From: an uncultured delta proteobacterium
Lineage (GTDB): Bacteria; Desulfobacterota; RBG-13-43-22
Length of the DNA: 64,000 nt
Assembly (NCBI GenBank): GCA_963711835.1
Contig: CAVQFQ010000022.1
Location: 15,887-79,886, forward strand
Direction of reading: 5' to 3'
The position numbers and the translations under genes are program-made. Below the pieces are notes generated by a model that ran no database searches, was not told where the DNA came from, and worked only from the letters and a program-made list of their open reading frames with translations. Each line of letters begins with the position of its first letter. Position 1 is the first letter of the stretch. Positions 30,559-42,037 of the stretch are shown here, piece after piece.

Positions 30559-32337
30559 ATGTCCACCAAAAATGACCTCTGGGTTGGTTTGGATATCGGT
30601 ACCCAGTCTGTCAAATTGGTTGCCTTTGAAAAAAAACGAACCAGGTGGATATTAAAGGATTTTCGGGTTCAAACCTTCCCCCTGGGTGAAGAAGGGGAAC
30701 CTTCCCGCTATGAAGATTGGCTGGCAGAAAACCTTCGCAGCTTAGTAGCCCAAATCGGTTTGGGAGGCTGCCGGGTCAGCAATACCCTCTCCGGAACCCA
30801 GGTGGCCCTCCGAAAACTGGTATTTCCCGCCATGCCTCTCGAAGAAATAAAAGAGGCTGCCCGCTGGCAGGGAAAGACGGCCTTCCCTTTCCCCCTCGAT
30901 GAAGCCATCCTCGATGCCTATTCCTTAGGCCCAATCAAAAAAAATGAGGAGGCCAAGCAGGAGGTTTTGGTAGCCGCCGCTCAGCGCAACCTCATCAATC
31001 AGAGACTGGCCCTCCTTCAGGCCTCCAATTTGCGTCCCTCCTGTTTAACCTTGATCCCGATGGGATTAAAGCGGTCTTACCTTTTATCCTCATCCCGGGT
31101 AACCGAAGAATCAGTGGCTCTGCTTGATATTGGCGCCCAGACCACGACCATTGCCATGGTCCAGAAGGATGAGCTGGTCTTCTCCCGGGAGGTGGGACTG
31201 GGAGGGATGGATTTTACTCAAGCCGTTATTGATCTCTCCAGAGATCTGAAACCAGGGTTTCCCCTGGAAGTCCCGGATGCCGAAAAAATAAAATTTCAGC
31301 ACGGCGTTCAGGTGATGCGCTTTCCTCATCCGAGGAAGAGGTCGACAATCAAGGCCTCCCCCTCTGCGGCGCTTCATCGATCTATGTCTCCGGTCCTGGA
31401 ACGCCTCCTTTTGGAAATTGACCGGTCTTTCAGTTATTTTAAAACCCAGGTGGAAGAGGCCTCCATTGATCGTATTTTTCTTTCCGGTGGAGGCTCCCTG
31501 CTGAAAGGGCTGCCGGAGGCCATCCGGAAAACGTTTAATCTCCCGGTCGAACAGTACAACCTCTTGAATACCCTGGAGGTGGATACGGGGGTTGATCGAA
31601 AACTGCTCGAAGCATCCATACCCTTCCTGACTATTGCCATTGGGGTGGCCGTTGAAGAAAGGCCCCTCCTTAATCTGCTTCCCCTGGAAAAGAAAGGCCG
31701 TTTTCCTATCCTGGGGGAGAATCAGAAAAAAATCCTGGCGTTTGGCGCCTTGGGTCTCCTGTTTTTCGGGTATTTAGGCCAGCAATATTTTTCTGCGAGC
31801 TCGGAATTAAGGAAACTGGAAAAAAAGGTCGCCCTTCGCCAACAGGAAATAAACCGGATGGAAGTCTCCAAAAAAGATCTGGAAAATTTAAAATGGAGGC
31901 AGGATCAACTGGATCAGCAGTTGACGGCCTACCCGCCGACCATGATTGAAAGGATGCCGGCCCAGGAAGTCCTGCTGGAGATCGGCCACCGGCTTTCCCC
32001 CAACATGACCTTGACCAGTTTTTCCCTGATTTCCGCCCCAGAGCCGGTTGCGGAAAAAGGCGGCGAACAGAAGGCCCCGGCCAGCCCGAATTCCGTCCAG
32101 CCCGGGAAGCCCGGCTTGGGATTAAAGATCAAGGCCAAACAGGAAAGGCAGCTCCTTTTAAAGGGCATCGTTTTCGGACCTGGAGACCAGATCCTGAAAG
32201 CCTTGGACGATTTTAGCCGCGGCCTGGAACAGGTCTCTTATATTACGCAGGTGCGCCTGGAAGAGATTAAGAAAAATGAATTATTCGGGGCCTTATCAGC
32301 CCAGGATTTTCAAATGATTATTCGTCTGAATCTCTAA
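30559..32337 (+). CDS. PilM-PilN fusion (MshI-like)
   Basis: VGLDIG, LDIGAQTT, IFLSGGGSLL, then LNLLP, a TM and a PilN-like domain. Confidence 0.88.
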   Translation: MSTKNDLWVGLDIGTQSVKLVAFEKKRTRWILKDFRVQTFPLGEEGEPSRYEDWLAENLRSLVAQIGLGGCRVSNTLSGTQVALRKLVFPAMPLEEIKEAARWQGKTAFPFPLDEAILDAYSLGPIKKNEEAKQEVLVAAAQRNLINQRLALLQASNLRPSCLTLIPMGLKRSYLLSSSRVTEESVALLDIGAQTTTIAMVQKDELVFSREVGLGGMDFTQAVIDLSRDLKPGFPLEVPDAEKIKFQHGVQVMRFPHPRKRSTIKASPSAALHRSMSPVLERLLLEIDRSFSYFKTQVEEASIDRIFLSGGGSLLKGLPEAIRKTFNLPVEQYNLLNTLEVDTGVDRKLLEASIPFLTIAIGVAVEERPLLNLLPLEKKGRFPILGENQKKILAFGALGLLFFGYLGQQYFSASSELRKLEKKVALRQQEINRMEVSKKDLENLKWRQDQLDQQLTAYPPTMIERMPAQEVLLEIGHRLSPNMTLTSFSLISAPEPVAEKGGEQKAPASPNSVQPGKPGLGLKIKAKQERQLLLKGIVFGPGDQILKALDDFSRGLEQVSYITQVRLEEIKKNELFGALSAQDFQMIIRLNL

Positions 32338-32358
32338 CCCCCGGGACTGGAATAAAAA

Positions 32359-32957
32359 ATGGCTATCCAAAAACGGGAAAAAATAATGATCGTCATCGCC
32401 GCGGCGGTGGTTCTCTATTTTGCGGTGGATTTTCTCCTTTTATCTCCCATGCAAAAAGAGATCAAAAGAAGCCGAAACATCTCAATGAGTTGGAAGAAAG
32501 ACTGTCTTCCATGGCCACCAGCCTGGTTTCCGGCAAGCAGATTAAGGAAGATATTGTTGAAAAGGAAAGATTTCTGCAAGCCGCCCAAGGCCGGATGGCC
32601 GGGCAGGAACAGGTTCGTTATTTCCTTAATCAGTTGGCCCTGGAATCCAGGCGTTTGAAAATTGAAATTCTTTTTCTCCGCATCGGTCCCGGAATACCTA
32701 TTATGGATCATAGAAAAGGAAAGGGAGAGGCGGCTGAAGAAAAAAAAGAAGGTTCCCGAACCTTTAACAAGGTTTCCATAGATGTTGCCCTCCTGGGCAC
32801 CTATTCGGCCGTGAAGGAATATTTACGGAGCCTGGAAGCACTTCCCCTTTTTATGGAAATGGAGCAGGTAAACATCGCTGTTCAAAAGGAAGGGAGTCCT
32901 TTGGTGCAAATGAACATTAGGCCTGGATTTTTAGTTCGCGATGGAGAAAAAACCTGA
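32359..32957 (+). CDS. PilO/MshJ-like protein, frameshifted near 32470
   Basis: REKIM plus TM; GTYSAVKEYLRSLEALP in the second frame. Confidence 0.8.
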
Positions 32958-33469
32958 GCCCGGTTCTATGAAGCTATTTAAGGGCGTTCTTATCATTGGT
33001 CTGCTAATAGCCAGTGCTCCTTGGTTGGGATAGTTTTGCTCAGTCCTCTCCGGATCAAGAAAGGCGGCCGGTCCGGAGCCAAGGCCCAATAGGGACCGCT
33101 CCGAGTCCTTCTCTGAGCGGCGCTGAAAGAAACCCCTTTGCTTATCCGCCCAAGGTAGCCCAGACCCTCATCCTCCAAAGGAGAGCGGCCGAAAAGGGAA
33201 TACCGCCGGGAAGCCCGGATGGATCGTCTCAACCGGTGGTAGCTTTCACCCTGAACGGAATCCTCTGGACTGAAAAAGGGGGAGTGGCTTCCATCAACCA
33301 AAAAATCTTTAGAGAAGGAGAATCCCTGGAGGGCTATAAAATTATTAAAATAGAACGCCAGAAGGTAATCCTGAAAAAAGAGGGGGAAGAAATAAGGCTT
33401 CATTTGGCTCAGAGTCCTCTGGAAGTAAAAACCCACGACCCGCAACCCCTATCCAAGAATAAAAGGTAA
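32941..33469 (+). CDS. PilP/MshK-like protein, frameshifted near 33012
   Basis: RNPF, LNGILW, ASINQKIFREGESLEGYKIIKI. Confidence 0.75.
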
Positions 33470-33476
33470 GAGGGAT

Positions 33477-35094
33477 ATGACTATGGAAAAAAGGATAATT
33501 TCCTGCACAATGACCGTAATACTGGTGGGGCTTCTCGGCTTGGCCGGATGTGTCAAGAGTAAAGTGGCCAGATTTCCGGAACCCAGCCCGGTGGCCAAGC
33601 CGGTTCTTCCGCCGGAAACGCGCTCCTCGCTTCCCTCGGAACTCCCCCTTACCCAGGTTGCCCCCAAACCATCTGAAATCAAAGAATCTTTCACTAAGGA
33701 GCGTCTTTATTCCCTATCCTATCGAGAGGCGGAGGTTCGGGATGTGCTTCTGGCTTTTTCAAAGGAAAGTGATTTAAATATTATTTTTGACCCTGATGTC
33801 ATGGGCAAGGTAACCGTGGACCTCAAGAAAGTCACTTTATCCCGGGCCTTGGATTCCCTGTTGCGCCCTTTGAATATTGATTATAAGCGTGAAGGGCGCT
33901 TCATTTATGTATTTAAACCCAAAATAGAAACCCGGATCTACGGCCTCAATTATTTGACGGTTGTTCGAAAGGGTGAATCCGCCGTTTCAGGGACCGGAGG
34001 GTCTACCGGTTCGACTACGACCGTTTCCGGCGGCACCTCATCTTCTCAGGGCGGAGCGGCGGTTTTGAGCCGGGTGGAATCCAAAGATACGGCCGACCTC
34101 TGGATCGATATCGAAGGGAAGGATGAAAAAGGCGGGATCCGTCCTTTGCTATCGAAAGAAGGAAGGATGGCCGTTAACAAGCTCTCCTCTTCACTTATTG
34201 TTACCGATTACCCGGATAATCAGCGAAGTATCGAGAAGTTTCTGCAGCGGATCGAGCGGGTCATCCATCGCCAGGTTTTGATCGAAGCCAAAGTCCTGGA
34301 GGTAAGTCTGAATGATCAGTTCCAGTTAGGGGTGGATTGGCGTTTTTTACCCCAAATGACGAACATGGGTTTTGGTTGGACAGGCCGTCAGGGCCTCTCC
34401 GGCACTGCCGGGACCATTCCATCCGTTTGGAGTATGCCCGGAGCCACTAGCGGATTACAATTGGGTCTTACGACCCTGACCTTCGACAGTATGATCGATG
34501 CCTTGTCGCAGCAGGGCAGGGTGGATATCGTTGCCACACCCCGGGTCTCGACTCTAAACAATCAAAAAGCCATCATGAAGGCGGCGACAGAAGATGTTTA
34601 CTTTGAAGTCAATATCACCACCAGCGCCACGGGAAATATCATTACCGCCAATCCCCGTTATATCACGATCGGCGTGGTCCTGGATGTCACCCCCCAGATT
34701 GACGGTGACGGCAACATCATCATGGATATCCAACCCACGGTAACGGAGGAGTTGGGGCGCCGGGCCTTTGATATTTCTCAAGGGGTTAAGCAGGAGGCGC
34801 CGATTGTAGCGGTCAGGCAGGCTCAAACCGTAGCCCGGGTCCGGGACGGCCAAACCATTGTCATTGCCGGTCTAATCCGGGAGAGGAAAAAAGGCTGCCC
34901 AAACCGGTGTCCCAGGTCTGATGGAGATTCCCCTCCTGGGTTGGATATTCCGAAATACCCAGGAAACCAAAGAAAAATCCGAGTTGGTCATTTTAATTAC
35001 TCCCAAAATTCTCAACGAAAGGGAGATCGTCGATTTTGTCCAGGATGATTTAAAACGAGCCCGGGGGGTTCAAAACGAAAAAAAGCTTGATTAG
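33477..35094 (+). CDS. Lipoprotein secretin (MshL-like), frameshifted in an A-run near 34890
   Basis: Lipobox LAGC; QVLIEAKVLEV, GVVLDVTPQI; other frame gives GVPGLMEIPLLGWIF...ELVILITP. Confidence 0.9.
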
Positions 35095-35103
35095 ATCCGG
35101 CTG

Positions 35104-36063
35104 ATGGTTACCGACCCTATTTACCATATTTTTTTCGGATTAACAGAAAAACCGTTCAATTTGACGCCGGATCCCAAGTTTTTATTTCTGACCGATAAAC
35201 ACCAGGAGGCCCTGGATCACCTGATTTTTGGATTAGAGCAAAAATCAGGCTTTATCCTGCTCTGGGGAGAAGTCGGTGCCGGAAAAACTACGGTCTGCCG
35301 GACCTTGCTGGAAAAACTGGATGATCGTTATATTACCGCCCTGATCCTGCATCCTTTTCTGGCCGAAGAAAATCTCCTGGCCACTATTCTCAAAGACTTG
35401 AATCAGACTCCCGGCGGCGCCACTAAAAGAGAACTGTTGGAGGAATTAAACCAGTTCATTTTGGCCCGGAGGCTGGAAGGGAAAACAATCGTCTTGCTCT
35501 TCGACGAGTCTCAAAATTTAAGCCCCGAGGCCCTGGAACAGATACGCATCCTGTCCAATCTGGAAACGGACAAGGACAAACTCCTGCAAATCATCCTGAT
35601 CGGGCAGAAAGAATTAGAGAACAAGCTTAATCGTCCTGAGCTTAGACAGCTTAACCAGCGCATCGGGGTCCGATATTATCTCCCTCCATTAAACAAGCAG
35701 GAAACCGGACGCTACCTTAGCCACCGTCTGTCTGTCGCCGGAAACGACGGCTCGATCCGCTTTTCCCCCAGAGCTGTGGACGAAATCTATACCTATTCCA
35801 AAGGGATTCCGCGACTGATTAACTTGGCGGCCGACCGGGCTTTGATAGCCGGGTTTACCCGAGAGACCAGGGCTGTCAACCGATCCTTAGCCCGAATGGG
35901 TATCCGAAGTCTGGACTCCCGGGATTCTGTCGGCGGTTTCCATCGCTTCTGGAAACCCATTAACCTCTTGACCCTTTTCATTATTTTTGCCTTCATGTTC
36001 GGGAGTATCGTTCTTTTTTGGCTGGGAATTCAATTTGCGAAACGGGGAACCCCAAACCTATAA
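35104..36063 (+). CDS. ExeA/MshM-like AAA ATPase
   Basis: PFNLTPDP, GEVGAGKTT, DESQNL, GIPRLIN. Confidence 0.92.
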   Translation: MVTDPIYHIFFGLTEKPFNLTPDPKFLFLTDKHQEALDHLIFGLEQKSGFILLWGEVGAGKTTVCRTLLEKLDDRYITALILHPFLAEENLLATILKDLNQTPGGATKRELLEELNQFILARRLEGKTIVLLFDESQNLSPEALEQIRILSNLETDKDKLLQIILIGQKELENKLNRPELRQLNQRIGVRYYLPPLNKQETGRYLSHRLSVAGNDGSIRFSPRAVDEIYTYSKGIPRLINLAADRALIAGFTRETRAVNRSLARMGIRSLDSRDSVGGFHRFWKPINLLTLFIIFAFMFGSIVLFWLGIQFAKRGTPNL

Positions 36064-36105
36064 AATAACCCTGGCAATTCCTGCCGCTTCAACACGGGAG
36101 TGATT

Positions 36106-37354
36106 ATGAGCCTTATTAGAGATTCCTTGAAAAAAGTTCAGGAAAAGGAAGGGCAGGGGGGTTCTTCTGCCGAGGCCCCTTCAGCCGAAGTTCAGGGAAA
36201 ACCGCCCCGGAAATATTCTCCCTCCATCATTATCCTGGTCCTGATAGGCCTGGCGCTGGTGGGATTGACCTATTTCATGTTGGTCCGTCCCGGACCGATC
36301 CCTATAAAAAAACCGCAAAGCCCGGTGATGGATTCGCCGTTAATTGCCCAAGCCCCGGCCAAGCCCACCAGCTCCCGCTACCCCGGCGAATCAGGCCGCC
36401 GGCCCGGCCATTTCAGCTCCGGCCTCCCCTTTACCAGAGCTAAAAGAACCCCGGGCAACAGGATCCCCTTCATCCGGCCGCCCCGGGGCAGCCCCGCTCA
36501 AATCAATGGCTTCTCTGGAGCAGAGCCAGGATGGATCGGCTGTAAAGAAACAACGGCAGGAAACTCTTCCGGGAATTAAGCGGGATCCTTCCGGGACAGG
36601 ACTGAAGTCAAGTAAAGCCCCCCTTATGGAGGAAGAAATCCTGACAGCCAAGGAGGAGGCCTCCAATAAACCGGCCAAACAAGCCCTTTCCAAGGAAATG
36701 AAAAAGGCCCGGCCGAAAGAAAAGGGCCCGGCCGTGGTCCCTCAAGAAGCGATAATATCCTATGATTCCAATTTATATGCCGCCTACTCCAAGGCCTATG
36801 CCCACCAGCAAGCCGGGCGCCTGGACCAGGCTATGGAGCTCTACCGGGACATACTTCATGAGGACCCCAATAATCCCTATGTCTTGAATAATCTCGCACT
36901 CCTTCATCAACAGCGCGGTGAAATTAAACAAGCCATTCCTCTTTACGAAAGAGCTTACGAGGCCGATCCTAAATTTACCCAGCCGATTAACAACCTGGCC
37001 GTTATCTTTTATCGGTTAGGCGAATACGACCAATCCCAGCGGTGGTTGGAAAGAAGTCTCCAGGTCCGGCCGGATAGTTCCGGGGTCTTGTTGAACCTGG
37101 CTTTGATTTATAAGAAGAAAGGACGCAAAGAAGAAGCCCGCCAGCTTCTTAAAAAAGCCCTGTCTTCGGATCCGCAGCACCCCGAACTATATTACAATCT
37201 GGCTCGTCTGGAAGAGGAATCCGGAAATTTAGCCGAGGCCTTGAAAAATTATCAGCTCTTTATCCGCAGTCGGAACGATCCCCAGGACAAACTTTCGCAA
37301 GAGGTTTCCAGGTATATAGAAAAGTGGCCGGGTTTTCCGGTACCAACCAAGTGA
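36106..37354 (+). CDS. MshN-like TM + Pro-rich + TPR protein, frameshifted near 36370
   Basis: MSLIRDSLKK start, TM, C-terminal TPRs. Confidence 0.8.
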
Positions 37355-37518
37355 ACCTCGAGTTGGAGTAATCCCATTTTTTAAAAAAATGATAAGGAGT
37401 AGCGGCCTGGTGAGCATAAATTTAATTTTAGTTTACATAATATATCTTATCAGACATATGGATGATATCCAAAAATGTTGAGGGTTCAAGGGAATTCTCG
37501 ACACCTTGATCCTTCCTC

Positions 37519-38205
37519 TCAACTAACCTGAAAAGTATTATCGAGAAAACGAGTTAAACTCTCCAGATCTAAAAAAACCCGATGGGCCTGGGATAATTTT
37601 TCTTCAGGCAGGGTTGAAGCAATGGCAAAACAGGTCAGGCCGGCGGAAAGGGCGGATTGAATTCCGGCCGGGGCGTTTTCAATGACCAGGGTATCAAAAG
37701 AGTTCTGACCGGTTTCCTCCAAGGCTTGTAAATAGGGGTCCGGAAAGGGTTTGAAACGACGGGCCTTATCCGCCGATACAATGGACTTAAAAACCCCCAG
37801 GGCCTCTTCACCCCATATTTTTGTAACCAAATTCATTCTGGAGCTGGTTACCAGGCCCAGGATTATCCCTGCTCGGGTCAATTTTTCCAATAAGGAATAG
37901 GTTCCCGGGAAAAATTCTACCCGAGCCAGGTAGTTTTTCTCAAAAAGCCGGTTTTGTTTTTTGTAGACCTCTTCAATTTGGCCGTCCGTGATTGTTTGGC
38001 CGCAGGTAGTAAAAAGGTTTTTTATGATCTCCTGATCCATGGCCCCTTCATGTTCATAAATAAATTCATCTGATACAACTATATTAAATGTTTCAAGTAG
38101 TTCTTTCCATGACCTCATGTGAAACTTCATACTGTCAACCAAAACTCCATCCATATCAAATAAAATTGTTTTCCAATTTTTTTCCCTTGAGATTTTTGAG
38201 TTCAT
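37519..38205 (-). CDS. HAD-family phosphatase
   Basis: FDMDGVLVDS, KPFPDPY, IENAPAG. Confidence 0.92.
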   Translation of the reverse strand: MNSKISREKNWKTILFDMDGVLVDSMKFHMRSWKELLETFNIVVSDEFIYEHEGAMDQEIIKNLFTTCGQTITDGQIEEVYKKQNRLFEKNYLARVEFFPGTYSLLEKLTRAGIILGLVTSSRMNLVTKIWGEEALGVFKSIVSADKARRFKPFPDPYLQALEETGQNSFDTLVIENAPAGIQSALSAGLTCFAIASTLPEEKLSQAHRVFLDLESLTRFLDNTFQVS

Positions 38206-38402
38206 AGTCCTGGTTATAAAAGAACCGCCTTTCTTTTTCAAGTTTAAACGATAATGGTTTGACACCCTACCCTCTTTCAGATAAAAAAATAGGTAGCGTC
38301 CATCCGGAAGCAGTCAGCGATCAGCCAGCCAATAGGCGGAAGCGGTCCGCTGCGGCGGACAGAATTATTTAAATAAGGATAGGCTCATTAAAGGAAAATA
38401 AG

Positions 38403-39896
38403 ATGGAACTGGATCGGTTTCCGAAGCGGATTCAACCGTACATATTGCCTAAAGCCGATGGGGTCATGGAATACCGTTGCCTGGCTTGCGGCACCCCCCA
38501 CCCCATTGATAGCCTTCTCTATACCTGCCCGGACTGCGGCGGTGTCCTGCTTATTGAGGATCTCGGGGAAGGGCAACGCTCCCGGCGTTCGGGAAACCTT
38601 TGGCGGGAAATTTTCGATTACCGCCGCATGAGCACCCTGCCCTCTCTTAAGGGAATTTTTTGTTTCCATGAATTTATTGCGCCGATCATTCCCCTTGACG
38701 ACATTCTTTACCTGGGCGAAGGCCATACCCCGTTGATTGAGGCCAATCGCAGGCTTCGAAAAGAGATCGGTCTGCCTTTTTTCTTTAAAAATGAAGGCCA
38801 GAACCCAAGCGCTTCTTTCAAGGATCGCGGGATGGCCTGTGCTCTGAGTTTCCTGCAATTCTTGATTCGGAAAAAAAAGTTGCCGGGGGTCCTCTCTGTT
38901 TGCGCCTCTACCGGAGATACCTCAGCCTCGGCTGCCCTCTATGCTTCTTATCTGGGAGGGGTGGTCCGCTCGGCCGTCCTGCTCCCCAAGGGAAAAGTCA
39001 CCCCGCAACAGCTTTCCCAACCCCTGGGCAGCGGGGCAACGGTTCTGGAGATTCCGGGGGTTTTTGATGACTGCATGAAAGTGGTCGAATACCTCTCCGA
39101 CCATTATCCGGTGGCCCTGCTTAATTCCAAGAACGCCTGGCGCATCTTAGGCCAGGAATCCTTTTCCTTTGAAATAGCCCAGGCCCTGGATTACGATCTG
39201 GATGATACCGCGATCATGGTTCCCATAGGCAATGCCGGAAATATCACCGCCATTATGGCCGGGTTTTTAAAGCTCTATCGTTATCGGCTGATTTCGACCC
39301 TCCCCAAGATCATCGGGGTGCAATCCAGGCACGCCAACCCTGTTTACCGTTATTACTTGGAACCCCGTCCGGAAAAACGGGTTTTTAGGCCGGTAGCGGT
39401 GAAACCCAGCGTGGCCCAGGCGGCTATGATCGGGAATCCGGTTTCCATGCCCCGGGTCATCGAGCTGGTCAAGCGCTATAATCACATTAATGACCGGCAA
39501 AAAATATTCGTCGTTGAGGTGACCGAACAGGCGATCATGGATCATATGCTTTTGGCCAACCGTAACGGCCACATCGCCTGTACTCAGGGCGGCGAAAGCC
39601 TGGCCGGATTGGTTAAAGCCCTTTCAGAGAAGAAGATCAGGCCGAAGGAAAGGGCGCTCCTGGATGCCACGGCCCATTCCCTAAAATTTGCCGGTTTCCA
39701 GGATATGTACTTTGGCAATACCTTCCCGCTTGGTTATGGTATCCGGCCTAAAAAGAAATTACAAAACCATCCCGTTTCCATAGCGGGGAGCAGAGGAGAC
39801 AAAGTCCCCTCAGGAAAACCGGTTCCGTCTCCCAAAAACTACCAGGCTTTCATTGAAAGAACAGCTCAAAAGGTCGCCGAGATCCTGGGTATGTAG
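38403..39896 (+). CDS. thrC: Threonine synthase
   Basis: NPSASFKDRGM, CASTGDTS, PIGNAGN. Confidence 0.93.
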   Translation: MELDRFPKRIQPYILPKADGVMEYRCLACGTPHPIDSLLYTCPDCGGVLLIEDLGEGQRSRRSGNLWREIFDYRRMSTLPSLKGIFCFHEFIAPIIPLDDILYLGEGHTPLIEANRRLRKEIGLPFFFKNEGQNPSASFKDRGMACALSFLQFLIRKKKLPGVLSVCASTGDTSASAALYASYLGGVVRSAVLLPKGKVTPQQLSQPLGSGATVLEIPGVFDDCMKVVEYLSDHYPVALLNSKNAWRILGQESFSFEIAQALDYDLDDTAIMVPIGNAGNITAIMAGFLKLYRYRLISTLPKIIGVQSRHANPVYRYYLEPRPEKRVFRPVAVKPSVAQAAMIGNPVSMPRVIELVKRYNHINDRQKIFVVEVTEQAIMDHMLLANRNGHIACTQGGESLAGLVKALSEKKIRPKERALLDATAHSLKFAGFQDMYFGNTFPLGYGIRPKKKLQNHPVSIAGSRGDKVPSGKPVPSPKNYQAFIERTAQKVAEILGM

Positions 39897-39974
39897 CCTT
39901 CAAGGAAACGGGCTGTCTGTTATTGCGGAACCTCTTTTCTTAAAGGAAAAGAATACATTTTTATAAAAATAAAT

Positions 39975-40448
39975 ATGATTAAATTACAATTAATTATAGT
40001 AGGAAAACTAAAGGAAAACTTTATTATTTCAGGGGTGCAGGAATACTTGAAGCGCATCAATCGCTACGCCGAACTTACGATAGTACCTGTCAAGGAGGAG
40101 CGGATAACCAAAGGGGTCGCTGAAGCCCGGATAAAAGAAAAGGAAGGGGAAAGGATTCTTAAAAAAATTCCTGAAAACGGATTTTGGGTAGCCCTGGATC
40201 GCATGGGCCGGGAACTGGATTCCCGGCAGCATTTTGATTTTTTAAAGGGCCACCAGGAAAAAGGGACTAAAAAAATGGCCTACATTATTGGAGGTCCCTT
40301 AGGTCTTTCAGGGGAAGTCCTGACTCGAGCCCCTATGGTTTTATCCCTCTCCCGCATGACCCTGAACCACGAAATGAGCTCCCTGGTCCTGTTGGAACAG
40401 TTATACCGATATCTGAATTTCGCCGCCGGTGAAAAATATCATAAATAA
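39975..40448 (+). CDS. rlmH: 23S rRNA pseudouridine-1915 N3-methyltransferase
   Basis: IGGPLG, SLSRMTLNH, EQLYR, YHK. Confidence 0.93.
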   Translation: MIKLQLIIVGKLKENFIISGVQEYLKRINRYAELTIVPVKEERITKGVAEARIKEKEGERILKKIPENGFWVALDRMGRELDSRQHFDFLKGHQEKGTKKMAYIIGGPLGLSGEVLTRAPMVLSLSRMTLNHEMSSLVLLEQLYRYLNFAAGEKYHK

Positions 40449-40494
40449 TAAGATTAGATTTTTAATGGTACACTTAGATTTTACTGTCTAATTA

Positions 40495-40719
40495 TTAAAC
40501 AGATTCAACGCTGACCACCTCGGGCAGCTGTTGTTTAAGAAACTTTTCAATTCCCATTTTTAGGGTCATTTGGGACATGGGACAGCTCCCGCAGGCTCCT
40601 TTCAGACGTACTTTGACGATACCCTGCTCGGAAACCTCCACTAATTCCACATCCCCGCCGTCGGCCTGGAGTTGCGGCCTTATTTTATTTAGGACCTCTT
40701 GAATCTTTTCTTTTTCCAT
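40495..40719 (-). CDS. NifU/NfuA-like Fe-S carrier
   Basis: [21 protein letters not shown]. Confidence 0.93.
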   Translation of the reverse strand: MEKEKIQEVLNKIRPQLQADGGDVELVEVSEQGIVKVRLKGACGSCPMSQMTLKMGIEKFLKQQLPEVVSVESV

Positions 40720-40994
40720 CTTCGGCCTCCACTTATTTTCCTGCTAATTAATACCCTATTAGTTGAATGCCTATCATAACCATCCTATTTAAAGATGTCC
40801 AGAACTACCTCCGAAACTTCTTGAGACCTTGTTGTTTTTAATAAATCAACCCATTTCAGGCCGGCCCACGTCGCGTTTAGTCCCCTCCCGTCTGCTCTTG
40901 TCCCCGAAGAGATGGCCAGTCAGCTTGGTTATGAGCCAGGCCAGGAGTAAGCCGAACCCGATCAAGATCAGAAAGGAGAAAATTAAAAGCAGAA

Positions 40995-41786
40995 TTAGTG
41001 AAGATCCCATTTTTTCCCTCGGTCACGTTTATTTTTTTCATCGAGCCCGGCAGGCAACAAGTAGTCCAATCGGACATTACTTAAGGCCCGAAAGATGTTG
41101 CCTTTAATTTTTCGGTTGCCTGCATACAGGGTCTTTAAAAGGGTTTTGACCTCCTGGCGTGAGGAACGCTGGGCACTGGGACAGGGATTGATGACTTCCG
41201 GCAGGCCCTGCCGTTCGGCAAAGGCCTTGATGGTTTTTTCCTCCAAAAGGGCCAAGGGGCGGATGACCGTCAGTTCTCCTTTAAAAAGGGGCTGTTTGGG
41301 GAGCATGGTGGCCAATTCTCCGCTAAAAAACATATTCAGGAAGAGGGTTTCGATAATGTCATCCTTGTTGTGGCCTAAAGCGATCTTGCTGAATCCCAAG
41401 GGTTTGGACAATTCGAAAAGGCGTTTTCGCCTCAGCCAGGAGCATAAAAAACAGGGATTCTCCTTATTCTCCGGTCCATGGGCCCGGACTCCGTAGTCGG
41501 TCTTTTCAAAATAATAGGCTACCTCCCGGGTCTCACAAAACTCTTGAATGAGGTCGGGGCGGTTTCCGGCAAAGCCCATATCGAGATGGATGGCGATCAG
41601 CTCATAGTGGATCGGAATCCGTTTTAAGCGGTCTTTGAGCAGAGATAGAAGAGAAAAACTGTCCTTGCCGCCTGAAAGAGCCACTGCGATTCGGTCCTGG
41701 TGTTCAATCAGGCCATAACGGCTAATGGCCCTGCCCATCAAACGCTGCATCTTTTTCTCCGGCCCTGTTGGAGAGCGGGTGGTCAT
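40995..41786 (-). CDS. ttcA: tRNA 2-thiocytidine synthetase
   Basis: SGGKDS, PCFLCS, GHNKDD, IRPL. Confidence 0.88.
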   Translation of the reverse strand: MTTRSPTGPEKKMQRLMGRAISRYGLIEHQDRIAVALSGGKDSFSLLSLLKDRLKRIPIHYELIAIHLDMGFAGNRPDLIQEFCETREVAYYFEKTDYGVRAHGPENKENPCFLCSWLRRKRLFELSKPLGFSKIALGHNKDDIIETLFLNMFFSGELATMLPKQPLFKGELTVIRPLALLEEKTIKAFAERQGLPEVINPCPSAQRSSRQEVKTLLKTLYAGNRKIKGNIFRALSNVRLDYLLPAGLDEKNKRDRGKKWDLH

Positions 41787-42037
41787 GGTCTCCTATTCTT
41801 TCAGCGGGGTTGGTTGGATTCCCATTTTCATGGGATTGGCTTCAAAGAGGCCTCCATAGCTTGACCGCTTAGGATAGACTACCAAAAAAGATCAGGTCCG
41901 GCAATCCGAATGAAGGGTGATTTAATCTGCCCGTAGTCGGCCCCATCTTTTTCGAGAAGGACTTGAAATCGGGAACAAAGAGCCCTATTATTTACTATTA
42001 AGGCTGAACCGTTGCTGAAAACAAAAGGAGATGGGAT

